This document shows positions 9,224 to 18,266 of a stretch of DNA of 64,000 nt, in pieces (position 1 is the first letter of the stretch; the number at the start of each line of letters is the position of its first letter). The DNA comes from Verrucomicrobiia bacterium (GTDB lineage: Bacteria; Verrucomicrobiota; Verrucomicrobiia; Palsa-1439). The notes under the pieces were generated by a model, which worked only from the letters and a program-made list of their open reading frames with translations, searched no databases and was not told the origin of the DNA. The position numbers were made by a program, and so were the translations under genes. The stretch spans positions 57,693 to 121,692 of the forward strand of contig JAJVHY010000014.1 of assembly GCA_022072455.1 (NCBI GenBank), written 5' to 3'.

Positions 9224-10819
9224 ATGAAACTCATCGCGCACTGGCGGTTAAACGCGGACGCCCGCGATTCCGTCGGCGCGTTGCACGCGGAGGCGCAGAC
9301 CGTCGCGTTCCAAGATGGCGCAGCGGTTTTCAATGGTGTGGACAGCTGCGTCACCGTGCCGGACCACCCGTTGTTGCAGTTTGGGACGCGGCCGTTCAAG
9401 TTGACCGCGCAGGTGAAACTGAGCGCGCCGCCGGCCATCGCGTCCGGCGAAGTGGTCAGCAAATTTGACGCGGCCCGGCGCAACGGCTTTTCCATCCGCA
9501 TCGGCAGCAGCAAGCCCGGCTACAGTTCGATCAGCGACGCGCGCAATGTCCACGCGAGCATTGACGACGCAAAACTCGGCGAGTGGCAGGATCACGGCAA
9601 GCCGTGGCTGACCAACACGCTCGTCAGCACGTTGACAGTCTTTCGCGGCGATCTGTACACCGGCATCGCCGATGCAATGCCCGGTGAGAACACGCCGGCC
9701 ATCTTCCGCTTCCGCGGCGGCACGGAATGGGAATATTGCGGCAAGCTCGATGTTGACCCGCGCACCCGCAGCGTGATGTCCATGATCGTCCACGCCGGCG
9801 CTCTCTACGTCGGCACCGGCAATTGGAACTGGGACAAATCCCTCCAAGGCAACTGTGGCCCGACCCACGTCTTCCGGTATGAAGGCGGGACGCGCTGGCA
9901 CGACTGCGGCGAATTCGGCACCGGCAAACGTGTGTTGTCGTTGGCGTCGTTTGACGGGAAACTCTATGCCGGCGACGACCGCGGCATGGTGCATCGGATG
10001 GACGACGACGGGAAATGGACCTGGTGCGGTCAGTTGGGCCAGCACGACCGGGTCAACGCGATGATGATATTTCAAGGCCGGCTCTACGGCGCGCCGCACG
10101 GCGCGATTTTCCGGTACGACGGCGGCACGGAATGGACCTGCGTGGGCGGCTTACCGGATCGGCGGGACGGGTTGTTTGGTGAAAACCAGACGCACACGCT
10201 GCAAGTGTACAATTCGCACCTCTGGGCCGGCATGTGGCCGCAGGGCAAAGTGCTGCGTTGCGAAGCGCCGGGACGTTGGACCGATACCGGCCAGTTGGGC
10301 GGCCAGTATCCCATCAACGAAATCAACGATCTCGCGGTGTACAACGGCAAGCTCTACGCCGGCGTGATTCCGCTGGCGGAAGTGTACCGGTATGAAACCG
10401 ACGGCCAGTGGGCGAACATCGGCCGGCTCGTGCAAAACGAAGCGATGGACGAAACGAGTATTCGGACTTGGAATCGCGTGCCGTGTCTGACCGTCTACCG
10501 GGGGCGGCTGTTTGCCGGCACGAGTTCGTGTCATGGCGATGCGGCAGAGAAACCGCACCCGCACGCCGGTCGCGTTTATTCCATTGAAGCCGGTCGCAAT
10601 GTTTCGTTCGACGACGATCTCGGTAGCGACTGGCACGAGATCGCGTTCGAGCGCGATGCGACGGAACTGCGCTTGTCCATTGACAACAAACTCGTGGGAC
10701 GTTCGGTGGCGTTCACTGCCGGCGATTATAATCTTTCCAACACGCAACCGTTGTGTTTCGGCGTCGGCCCGCAAAGTCATCTTGCCGGCGCGATCCGCGA
10801 GGTCCGGCTGTTCAGATGA
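9224..10819 (+). CDS. LamG/concanavalin-like domain interrupted by a 7-bladed beta-propeller
   Basis: The N-terminal ~110 aa (HWRLNADARDS..FNGVDSCVTVPDHP..FKLTAQVKL) and the C-terminal ~60 aa (WHEIAFERDATELRLSIDNKLVG..AGAIREVRLF) read as the two halves of one LamG. Between them lie seven repeats of the type LY.G....(F/Y)R(Y/F).GGT.W..CG.L. ATG 9224 sits 1 nt after the upstream stop. Confidence 0.55.
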   Translation: MKLIAHWRLNADARDSVGALHAEAQTVAFQDGAAVFNGVDSCVTVPDHPLLQFGTRPFKLTAQVKLSAPPAIASGEVVSKFDAARRNGFSIRIGSSKPGYSSISDARNVHASIDDAKLGEWQDHGKPWLTNTLVSTLTVFRGDLYTGIADAMPGENTPAIFRFRGGTEWEYCGKLDVDPRTRSVMSMIVHAGALYVGTGNWNWDKSLQGNCGPTHVFRYEGGTRWHDCGEFGTGKRVLSLASFDGKLYAGDDRGMVHRMDDDGKWTWCGQLGQHDRVNAMMIFQGRLYGAPHGAIFRYDGGTEWTCVGGLPDRRDGLFGENQTHTLQVYNSHLWAGMWPQGKVLRCEAPGRWTDTGQLGGQYPINEINDLAVYNGKLYAGVIPLAEVYRYETDGQWANIGRLVQNEAMDETSIRTWNRVPCLTVYRGRLFAGTSSCHGDAAEKPHPHAGRVYSIEAGRNVSFDDDLGSDWHEIAFERDATELRLSIDNKLVGRSVAFTAGDYNLSNTQPLCFGVGPQSHLAGAIREVRLFR

Positions 10820-10826
10820 ACCGTTC

Positions 10827-11897
10827 TTACACTCGCCAGCGGGTGAGCATCAGGCAGGGCGGTTCGCCGGGCTTGTCAACTTGGTAATAGACCGTCACCA
10901 ACGTTCCATCGGCACACTCGACGGTGGCCGGGTAACCCAAGTCTTCATCGGGCGCGTCGTCACGGAGGACGATCTCGTGCCGGTAATCCCATGTCTGGCC
11001 GCCATCGGTGGAAAGGCAGGCACGTTGGCCGGTGGGCGCGTGGCGGATGCCATAGGTGACGAGTAACCGGCCGTCGCGGAGGCGGATGAGGTGCGGCGGT
11101 TTGCCCCAGATTTCCGTCGGACGCGGCGCGGTCCAGGTGCGACCGCCGTCGGTGGAGTCGAATTGCCAGAGGAACGCGTTCTGGTCTTCCTGTGTTTTTG
11201 GGCGCTCTTCATAACGTGCCATCGCGACTAACCGACCCGGTGAGACTTCGACCACGTGCGGTTCGCATAGATAACCTTGGGCGGTCGGAAACATGCCGGT
11301 GCGTCCGATGACTTGCCACGTCTGGCCTTGATCGCGCGATTCGGCGGCGATGATGGAACTGGTCTTGCCGGCGCGGTCGTAGGCGTCGTTGCCGACGTAC
11401 AGGAGCCGGCCAGCGGTGCAGACGATCGGGCCGTGCGGCGCGGTGGGCGGGACACGCAAGGGCGGCTCCCATGTCCGCCCGCCATCGGTCGAACGGCGGA
11501 GCCAGTGGCCGCGCCGGTGGTTCTCGCCGTCAATCAGGCCCGGCGAACTCCAGTTGGCGACATCTTGCGCCGAGACGTTGCGCATGTGGTCGGGCCAGCG
11601 TTCCGGCCATTGCCGTTTCCAATAGGTGAACCACGTCACGATGATCGTGCCGTCCGGGCAGACGCACAGGCCGGCGTCGCGGTCGTCGAGCGGGGTGTTG
11701 GTGATGATTACCGGCGCCGACCACGTTTGACCGTTGTCGGTGGAACGCATGAGAAACGTTTTGCCGAGAGGACAGACATGCGCGTCGCGATCACCGGAAA
11801 AGACGACAAGCAGTTCGCCCGCCGGTGTGGCGGCGATGGTGGGCCAGGCGAGATACCGGCCGACCTGTTTGCAGATGACGCGGGATTCGAGAATCAT
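10827..11897 (-). CDS. BNR/Asp-box repeat (sialidase-fold) protein, no signal peptide
   Basis: Five Asp-boxes: STDNGQTW, STDGGRTW, SRDQGQTW, STDGGRTW, STDGGQTW. ATG 11897 forms an ATGA overlap with the upstream stop. The Pro/Arg-rich extension in the track (to 12287) overlaps the upstream gene. Confidence 0.8.
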   Translation of the reverse strand: MILESRVICKQVGRYLAWPTIAATPAGELLVVFSGDRDAHVCPLGKTFLMRSTDNGQTWSAPVIITNTPLDDRDAGLCVCPDGTIIVTWFTYWKRQWPERWPDHMRNVSAQDVANWSSPGLIDGENHRRGHWLRRSTDGGRTWEPPLRVPPTAPHGPIVCTAGRLLYVGNDAYDRAGKTSSIIAAESRDQGQTWQVIGRTGMFPTAQGYLCEPHVVEVSPGRLVAMARYEERPKTQEDQNAFLWQFDSTDGGRTWTAPRPTEIWGKPPHLIRLRDGRLLVTYGIRHAPTGQRACLSTDGGQTWDYRHEIVLRDDAPDEDLGYPATVECADGTLVTVYYQVDKPGEPPCLMLTRWRV

Positions 11898-12808
11898 CGA
11901 ATACCGAACGGCTGGCGCGGGTTGTCGCAGAGAAGTTGTTGGATTGCGGGGTCGGTGAGGCCGAGATGCCGGCGGAGGTTGTCTTCGACTTTGGGCATGA
12001 AGATGCCGGAGCCGACGAGATGGCTGCGGTCCGGCGCCCAGAGGGCCATGTCTTCGCCGGTAACCACAGTCCGGCGCCCGATCTGGTAGGTGCCGGGCCC
12101 GAGGCCGGCCGGGCAGTTGGCGTCGGTGGTGATGATGGTGCGGTCGAGGCCGGCGAGCTTGAGGTAATTGCGCAGCGCGACGAAGGGCACGTGCACGCCG
12201 TCGGCAATGAAACAGAGCCAGAGCTGGCCGGCGAAGTTCAGTGCGCGTTGGACGATGTTGTCGTGCCGGTGCATCTGCATCGGGCAACCATTGCCGAGAT
12301 GCGTGAACATCGACAGGCCGGCATCGATCGCGGCTTTCAGTTCGTCGAGCGAGGCGTCAGTGTGACCGGCGCTGACGACGATGCCTTGGTTGACGAGATA
12401 CCGGGTGGTCCGCAGGCCGGGATCGCGTTCGGGGGCGAGCGTGACCAACTTGACCAATCCCGCACCGGCATCGAGAAGCTCTTTCATTTCCTCGATGTTG
12501 GCCGGGTGAATGGCGTCGACGTGATGACCGCCCCGGTAGCCGGGATTCTCGTTGAGAAACGGGCCTTCGATGTGCAGCCCGGCAATGATGCGTTGCGCCA
12601 ACGAATCGCGGGCGCGCAAGCTCGCGAATTGCGCCAGCCGGTGTTTCATCACTGGAATCGCTTCGGTGGTGATCGTCAGCAGGATTCCGCCGACGCGGTC
12701 CTTTTCAAGTCGGTCACAACAGGCGTGGAGTTCTGCCGGTGTGACGTCGTCGCGGTGAAAGTCGAGGCCGGCGTAGCCGTTGATCTGGACGTCGAAGTAG
12801 CCGGTCAT
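11894..12808 (-). CDS. N-acetylglucosamine-6-phosphate deacetylase-like amidohydrolase (short form)
   Basis: FDVQINGYAGLDF, HIEGPFL, AGHTDAS, THLGNG and ITTDAN match the order of NagA ligand and catalytic motifs. At 304 aa it lacks the usual N-terminal beta-sandwich. ATGA overlaps at both ends. Confidence 0.6.
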   Translation of the reverse strand: MTGYFDVQINGYAGLDFHRDDVTPAELHACCDRLEKDRVGGILLTITTEAIPVMKHRLAQFASLRARDSLAQRIIAGLHIEGPFLNENPGYRGGHHVDAIHPANIEEMKELLDAGAGLVKLVTLAPERDPGLRTTRYLVNQGIVVSAGHTDASLDELKAAIDAGLSMFTHLGNGCPMQMHRHDNIVQRALNFAGQLWLCFIADGVHVPFVALRNYLKLAGLDRTIITTDANCPAGLGPGTYQIGRRTVVTGEDMALWAPDRSHLVGSGIFMPKVEDNLRRHLGLTDPAIQQLLCDNPRQPFGIR

Positions 12809-14064
12809 GGAAGGCTGCCGCGCGCCTGCAATGCCAGCGCCACGTTGCGGACGGCCAACACCATCGCGGCTTCCCGCATGGACAGGCGGCGGCTGCGGGC
12901 GGTTTGGTGAACGAGCGCGAATTTTTCCTGCATCCGCCCGGTCAGCCGTGTGCGCACTTCGGTCTCGGTCATCTGTTCCTGCTGGGTTTCCTGGGTGTAC
13001 TCGAGATACGAGACAAAGACGCCGCCGGCATTGCAGAGAATATCGGGAATCACGAAGACGCCGCGTTTTTCGAGGATGCGATCGGCGGCCGGGGTGGTCG
13101 GGCCGTTGGCGCCTTCGGCGACCACGCGCGCCTGGATGCGCGGCGCATTCTGTTCGGTAATCTGGTTGCCGGTGGCGGCGGGGACGAGGATGTCGCACGG
13201 AACGGTCAGTAATTTTGTACCGGTCAACTTCGTCGCGCCGGGGAAGCCCGTGACGGTGCGATGCTGGCGCACATGCGCGGCCAGCGCCGGGAAATCCAAG
13301 CCGGTCTTGGAATAGATTGCGCCGTGAACGTCGCTGACGCCAACGATTTTGACACCCAGTTCGGCCAAGGCCGCGGCGGCCACACTTCCGACGTTACCGA
13401 AGCCTTGGACGACGGCAGTTGCGCCCTGCAGTTGACGGCCGAGTGTTTGGAAGGCGGCGGCGACGGTGGTCGCGACGCCGCGGCCGGTGGCTTCGCGGCG
13501 GCCGGGAATGCCGCCGAGGATGACGGGCTTGCCGGTGACGTAACAGCCTTGGGTCGTGGCTTGGCCGCGCGAGTAGGTGATCGCGTCTTTGATGTAGCCC
13601 ATGTCCTGTTCATTGGTGCCCATGTCGGGCGCGGGAATGTAGACGAGGGGGTGGATATGGCGCTGGGCGTTACGGGTGAAACTGCGGATCAAGGTTTCTT
13701 TGTCGTGCGGGTTGAGCGTGGCGGGATCGGCGACGATGCCGCTCTTGCCGCCGCCGAATGGAACGCCAATCAACGCGCACTTCCAGGTCATTTCCATCGC
13801 CAGCGCGGTGACTTCATCCAGTGTGACCGAACCTGTCATGCGGATGCCGCCCTTGCAGGGGCCGAGGGCGCGGTTATGGTTCACCACAAACGCGCGGAGG
13901 GTGTGCGATTTGCCGTCGGAAAACTCCGGGGAGATCCGCAGTTCAATGCGCTCTTTTGGGTCGCGCATCTTGGTGAGCAGATCAGCAGGAAATTCTTTTT
14001 TGAGCAATCGGGCGGTCTGGTCAAAGTTGGCCAGCGCATTGTCGAGCATTGAGGTGGCGGTCAT
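12805..14064 (-). CDS. Glu/Leu/Phe/Val dehydrogenase family (glutamate dehydrogenase-like)
   Basis: GPCKGGIRM (catalytic Lys region), GVPFGGGKSG, and the Rossmann motif VQGFGNVG. 419 aa. Confidence 0.85.
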   Translation of the reverse strand: MTATSMLDNALANFDQTARLLKKEFPADLLTKMRDPKERIELRISPEFSDGKSHTLRAFVVNHNRALGPCKGGIRMTGSVTLDEVTALAMEMTWKCALIGVPFGGGKSGIVADPATLNPHDKETLIRSFTRNAQRHIHPLVYIPAPDMGTNEQDMGYIKDAITYSRGQATTQGCYVTGKPVILGGIPGRREATGRGVATTVAAAFQTLGRQLQGATAVVQGFGNVGSVAAAALAELGVKIVGVSDVHGAIYSKTGLDFPALAAHVRQHRTVTGFPGATKLTGTKLLTVPCDILVPAATGNQITEQNAPRIQARVVAEGANGPTTPAADRILEKRGVFVIPDILCNAGGVFVSYLEYTQETQQEQMTETEVRTRLTGRMQEKFALVHQTARSRRLSMREAAMVLAVRNVALALQARGSLP

Positions 14065-15062
14065 GATCCGGAGGGGGACGGGGGCGGCGCACAGGACTCG
14101 CGGATGATGAGTTCAGGGCGGACCATGATTTCGTCCGGCGTGTCGCCGGTGCCGATCAGTGTTTCAAAAGCGCGCCGGGCCATTTCCGGGATCGGTTGGC
14201 GAACGGTCGTCAGGGATGGGATGGTCATGTGTGTGGACGGAATGTCATCCACGCTCGCCAGCGACAGATCGTTGGGAACTTGAATCTTGGCTTCGAATAG
14301 CGCCCGCAATGCCGACTGCGCCAGCACATCCTCGGCGGCGATCACCGCAGTGGGCCGGCGGGCTTGGCATTGGCGCAGGAGCAGTTGCATTGCTTCGCAG
14401 CCGGTGTCCACTCCCGTGTAGCGGGTGCGGATGATACACTCCGGTCGCGCCGACAAATCCGCGCACTTGAGTGCTCGCAAAAACTCTCCCTCACGCCGGC
14501 CGCTCAACTCCGTGTCGTCGCCCAGATATGCGATGTCCCGATGCCCCAACTTGGCCAGATATCCCACCAACTCCTCCAAACCGTGTTCAATGTCCGCCAC
14601 CACCCGCGTGACGCCGGTCACCTGGCCGCCGCAGCCGATGCGCACCACGCGTGTGCCGTTGGAGATGAACCGGGTTAATCCATCGGGAACAAAATCCGTG
14701 CCGGCCAGAATGAGGCCGTCCAGTTTGTAGCGTGCCAGTGAATGAATGTTGGCGTTGGACGCATAACCCGTCAGCAACAACGAGTAGCCTTGCCGGGAGG
14801 CGAGGGATTCGAGCTCGGCCAGGATACGTCCGAAGAACGGATCATCGAAATTCTTGACCACGACTCCCAGCACCTGGGTGGGCGCACCGCGCAGCATGAG
14901 GGCAACGACGTTGGGTTGGTAATTCAGGCGGGTGGCCTCAGCGCAGATGCGTTCGATGGTTTCGGGTGTGACCCCAATTTCGCTGGCGGAGCCGTTCAGA
15001 ACACGGGAAACCAACGAGGGTGAAACCCCGAGGCGGTTAGCGATGTCTTTCTGTGTTACCAT
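14061..15062 (-). CDS. LacI-family transcriptional regulator
   Basis: N-terminal HTH MVTQKDIANRLGVSPSLVSRVLNG followed by a periplasmic-binding-protein-like sugar-binding core. First gene of the operon. Confidence 0.9.
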   Translation of the reverse strand: MVTQKDIANRLGVSPSLVSRVLNGSASEIGVTPETIERICAEATRLNYQPNVVALMLRGAPTQVLGVVVKNFDDPFFGRILAELESLASRQGYSLLLTGYASNANIHSLARYKLDGLILAGTDFVPDGLTRFISNGTRVVRIGCGGQVTGVTRVVADIEHGLEELVGYLAKLGHRDIAYLGDDTELSGRREGEFLRALKCADLSARPECIIRTRYTGVDTGCEAMQLLLRQCQARRPTAVIAAEDVLAQSALRALFEAKIQVPNDLSLASVDDIPSTHMTIPSLTTVRQPIPEMARRAFETLIGTGDTPDEIMVRPELIIRESCAPPPSPSGS

Positions 15063-15107
15063 GGCGGCGAAAGCTGACTTAACAATGGCATGCTGTGTTG
15101 TTGCTTG

Positions 15108-16187
15108 TCAATCACACGAATGAGATGCGCGGGCAGCGCTCCACTTGATGGTCACGGGCCGGCGGTGGCGGATGCTTTGGTAGATGCCGCAAACCAGTTT
15201 CACGCTGCGCGCGCCTTCCCGGCCATCACAAGACAACTCGCGGGCGCGGCCGGTCACCACCGCGACAAACTCCTGAAATTGCCGGCGATGACTTTCCGGC
15301 TTGAACGCCATCGGCGTGCTGGCGTTCCCACTCACAGCCGGCAACGGAGCAAACCGGTGGCGAATCTCAGCATCTTCCGCCAGCGGCGTGGCGAAGTTCC
15401 ACTGCACCACGCGTTCGTCCACTGTCACAATCGTGCCGGCGGTTCCGCAAAATTCCAGCCGGCGGCTCGTGCCGGGAAAAATCTCCGTGGACGCCTCGAT
15501 CACGCCAAGCGCGCCGTTGGCGAACTGCAAGTTCGCCACTAGATTCGTTTCCGCTTCCACGCGTTGCCGGGTCGGGCGACTGGCGAACGCGCTCACGCGG
15601 TTCACGTTGCCGGCGCACCACAACAGACAATCAGCGGCATGAATGCCTTGATTCATCAAACACCCGCCGCCGTCGAGTTTCCACGTTCCGCGCCAGCCGC
15701 CTTGATCGTAATAATCCTGGCTGCGGTACCATTTCACGTAGGCGCTCGCGCTCACCAGTGTCCCCAAGCGGCCGGCGTGAATCGCGTTGCGGACGGCGTG
15801 CATGGATTCCTTGAACCGGAAGGGGAAGATGGTCGCCAGCTTCACGCCGTGTTGCCGGCACGCGGCGATGAGCCGCTGACACCGGGCCGGGGTGATTTCG
15901 AGGGGTTTCTCGACCAAAATATGCTTGCCGGCGCGGGCGGCGGCCAAGGCCGGCTCAAGGTGCGCGCCCGATGGGGTGCAAATCGTCACCGCGTCCAATT
16001 CCGGGTCCGCGAGAAATTCCGCGAGATCGCTGGAGGGCCGGCCGCCATATTGGCCGGCAAAGGCCGCGGCCTTTTGCGCGTCGCGGCTGCAACACGAATG
16101 CAAAACTGCATCCGCCAGCCCGGTGAATGCCTGCGCATGCATGGCGGCGATGTTGCCGAGGCCAATAATTCCAAAACGGACAGGCAT
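15108..16187 (-). CDS. Gfo/Idh/MocA family oxidoreductase
   Basis: MPVRFGIIGLGNIAAMHAQAF Rossmann start, EKP motif (VEKPLE) and a typical C-terminal dimerisation domain. Confidence 0.85.
   Translation of the reverse strand: MPVRFGIIGLGNIAAMHAQAFTGLADAVLHSCCSRDAQKAAAFAGQYGGRPSSDLAEFLADPELDAVTICTPSGAHLEPALAAARAGKHILVEKPLEITPARCQRLIAACRQHGVKLATIFPFRFKESMHAVRNAIHAGRLGTLVSASAYVKWYRSQDYYDQGGWRGTWKLDGGGCLMNQGIHAADCLLWCAGNVNRVSAFASRPTRQRVEAETNLVANLQFANGALGVIEASTEIFPGTSRRLEFCGTAGTIVTVDERVVQWNFATPLAEDAEIRHRFAPLPAVSGNASTPMAFKPESHRRQFQEFVAVVTGRARELSCDGREGARSVKLVCGIYQSIRHRRPVTIKWSAARASHSCD
15111..15124. promoter_or_regulatory. Palindromic motif copy c (one mismatch): minus-strand CTCATTCGTGTGAT
   Basis: Lies 48 nt upstream of the LacI ATG (15062) and overlaps the last codons of the preceding Gfo gene. 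The central CG and 9 of 10 fixed positions are kept. Confidence 0.5.
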
Positions 16188-16216
16188 GTTATTTCTCTGT
16201 GGCTGATGGCTGTAGT

Positions 16217-18127
16217 CTACGGGGACTCCGTTGGAGTCCAGTTTTCCGGCAGGCCGTCGGCCAGGAATAAGAGCGCGGCGGTGGTGAAATACGGTTGCTC
16301 GAGTTCGGTATAGCGCGCCGGCCAGCGGGGATCGAGGAACCCGGTGCAGAGGTGCGGCTTATCGTAGTTCCGGGCGAGGTCGACCGGTTTCATCTCGCCC
16401 AAGGTTTCGCGGAGCGCGAGATGACTTGTGCTCGGCGTGAAAACGCGTTTGTTGACGCGTCCCCAGCCGCCGGACTCGGTCTGTTGGCCAATGACCCACG
16501 CGGCGACTTCATTCCACGTCGTGAAATCCGTGCGCAAAGATTTGCCGCGACTGGTATTATGCAGCGCGGTCGTTTGCAGCAGGACATTGTATGGTGTGCG
16601 AATGACATCGTTGGAGTTGGCGAGTGGTTTGCCGGCGAACATCGCCGGCAACAGCGACTGGCAGGCGGCATTTTCCAGCGCGGTCGGTTTGGCGGTACCG
16701 CTTTGCATCATCTGAATGTCAGCCAAGGCTGCGGCACCGCGGACGGTGCTTGCCAAAGTGACCGGCTGCGCGAGTTTTGGGAACAACTCGGGACTGACTT
16801 GCGGCATGGATTTCAACCACGCGAAGTCGGTGACTGGCTGGTGGATGTTTAACTCCGGCCATTGACCGTCGGGGGTGCGGGCGGCGGTGATGGTTTTTGC
16901 CGCGAGCGCGAGCGCGGTTCGCGCCTCGCGGGCCGGGGGGAACTCTTGTGCGGACGGCGGCGCGCCCGGGCCGGCGGATTTCGGCGGATCGGGGCGCCAG
17001 GTCTTCAACGGTAAGCGGCCATTTTCGAAGGCGACGCGCAATGCGAAGAGCGCGCGGGCCGTTGATTCGAGATCGGCGCTGATTTGGTTGTGAATGAGGT
17101 AGGGCAGGCCTTCGATGCTCAGCCGCTGACCTTGATTATGGAGCCAGAGCCGGCCCAAGTTGTGGTACGACCCGAGCGAGTCAAACAGCAACAGGCCGAG
17201 TTGAGTGATCCGTTTGGAGTTGGTCTGGAGTGATTCGATGCGCGCATCGATGCGCTGGATGTCTTCTTCGAGTTTTTTCACCTTGCTCGTGGATTTCTTG
17301 CGCCGTTCCGCGGTCAACTCAGTTCCCAAGGCCTTCTTTTCCTCACCCAACCGGTGCAGCGATTTCAACAGCCCGGCCGTCAGCGCCGTGTTCACAGCCA
17401 CCGGCCCCCATAATCCCGCCGCCGGGCCGGTGGTGATTTGCGCATCAAGCAGTTTTGCCGCGCATTCCTCGGTCAGCCGTTTGAATTCATCGCCCGGCAT
17501 GACCGCGAAGCCGGCGGTCAATCCCGCTAAATCGTGCAAAGTATCCGGTAGTCCATGTGCGAGGAGGAGGGTGGCCAAATTATTGGCCGGGGTGCTGACG
17601 AGCGGGTCATCGGCAGCGACGCCGCACCGGCGCAACGCCAGGATTGCCAGCCCGTTATTGCCGAGACTGCCATACCACCACCGGCAGCCTTCGTCCTTCT
17701 CATAGAGCGGGGACTGATACTCGCGCAAGATCGGTCCGTTGGGATCGGCGACAATGCGCGTCTTCTTGATGTCCTGGCTCGGATCGAACCCGACCACCCG
17801 GTGCCGTCGCTCGCGACGCATGGGTTCGCTGGCGCTCGCCCCCGGGACCATGACTTCATACGCCTCGGTTTTTTTGCCCCGGACGATGTACTCGACTTCT
17901 TTGAAGCGTGCGGTCCGGTTTGTGTAGCCAATGACGCGCCGGCCGAGCATCGGTCCGAACAGCCACGCTTCGTCATTGGTCACTGCTTGGGCGCGAAAAA
18001 ATTCCACGCCCTTCAGAACGGCGGCCGTCACGTCGATGGGGGGGATGACAACCGGCGGGTTGGTCTGGGCGTTGGCTGTCAGCCCAATCAGCCACAGTCC
18101 GATGATGAAATGGAAAGGTGGTCTCAT
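16217..18127 (-). CDS. Secreted hypothetical protein, possibly alpha/alpha-toroid (prenyltransferase/terpene-cyclase-like) with coiled-coil insert
   Basis: Signal peptide MRPPFHFIIGLWLIGLTANAQ at the internal ATG 18127. GNNGLAILAL and QTESGGWGR repeats. Lys/Glu-rich heptad-like stretch EEKKALGTELTAERRKKSTSKVKKLEEDIQRIDARIESL. Confidence 0.45.
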   Translation of the reverse strand: MRPPFHFIIGLWLIGLTANAQTNPPVVIPPIDVTAAVLKGVEFFRAQAVTNDEAWLFGPMLGRRVIGYTNRTARFKEVEYIVRGKKTEAYEVMVPGASASEPMRRERRHRVVGFDPSQDIKKTRIVADPNGPILREYQSPLYEKDEGCRWWYGSLGNNGLAILALRRCGVAADDPLVSTPANNLATLLLAHGLPDTLHDLAGLTAGFAVMPGDEFKRLTEECAAKLLDAQITTGPAAGLWGPVAVNTALTAGLLKSLHRLGEEKKALGTELTAERRKKSTSKVKKLEEDIQRIDARIESLQTNSKRITQLGLLLFDSLGSYHNLGRLWLHNQGQRLSIEGLPYLIHNQISADLESTARALFALRVAFENGRLPLKTWRPDPPKSAGPGAPPSAQEFPPAREARTALALAAKTITAARTPDGQWPELNIHQPVTDFAWLKSMPQVSPELFPKLAQPVTLASTVRGAAALADIQMMQSGTAKPTALENAACQSLLPAMFAGKPLANSNDVIRTPYNVLLQTTALHNTSRGKSLRTDFTTWNEVAAWVIGQQTESGGWGRVNKRVFTPSTSHLALRETLGEMKPVDLARNYDKPHLCTGFLDPRWPARYTELEQPYFTTAALLFLADGLPENWTPTESP

Positions 18128-18201
18128 AAACGAATCCGTGGATAATTTAATGTGTATATGCTTCGACAATTGGCTTGAAACGCGCATTCTTTGTATATAA
18201 G

Positions 18202-18215
18202 CTCATACGGATGAG
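18202..18215. promoter_or_regulatory. Palindromic motif copy d: CTCATACGGATGAG
   Basis: Perfect match in a divergent intergenic region, 51 nt upstream of ATG 18267 (+) and 74 nt upstream of ATG 18127 (-). Preceded by TATATAAG. Confidence 0.6.
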
Positions 18216-18266
18216 TCAAGGCGATTGTTCATTAATGGAGCGCGGGCGGTCGCGTCGGATGGCTGA

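Noticed and set aside
4865-9513. Long alternative-frame ORFs 4865..5806 (-), 5779..7098 (+) and 8296..9513 (-)
   Set aside because: Each overlaps genes with recognisable family motifs on the other strand or frame (acyltransferase-like, creatininase, HAD, amidohydrolase). All are Arg/Pro-rich with no signatures.
11898-13198. N-terminal extensions of track ORFs 10827..12287, 11894..13198, 43544..45223, 45099..47015, 47856..48803 and 33897..34751
   Set aside because: The extensions lie inside the preceding gene or run across the motif-bearing gap. They are Pro/Arg-rich or lack similarity to paralogues. Internal ATGs at ATGA overlaps, or aligned with paralogue N-termini, give family-typical starts.
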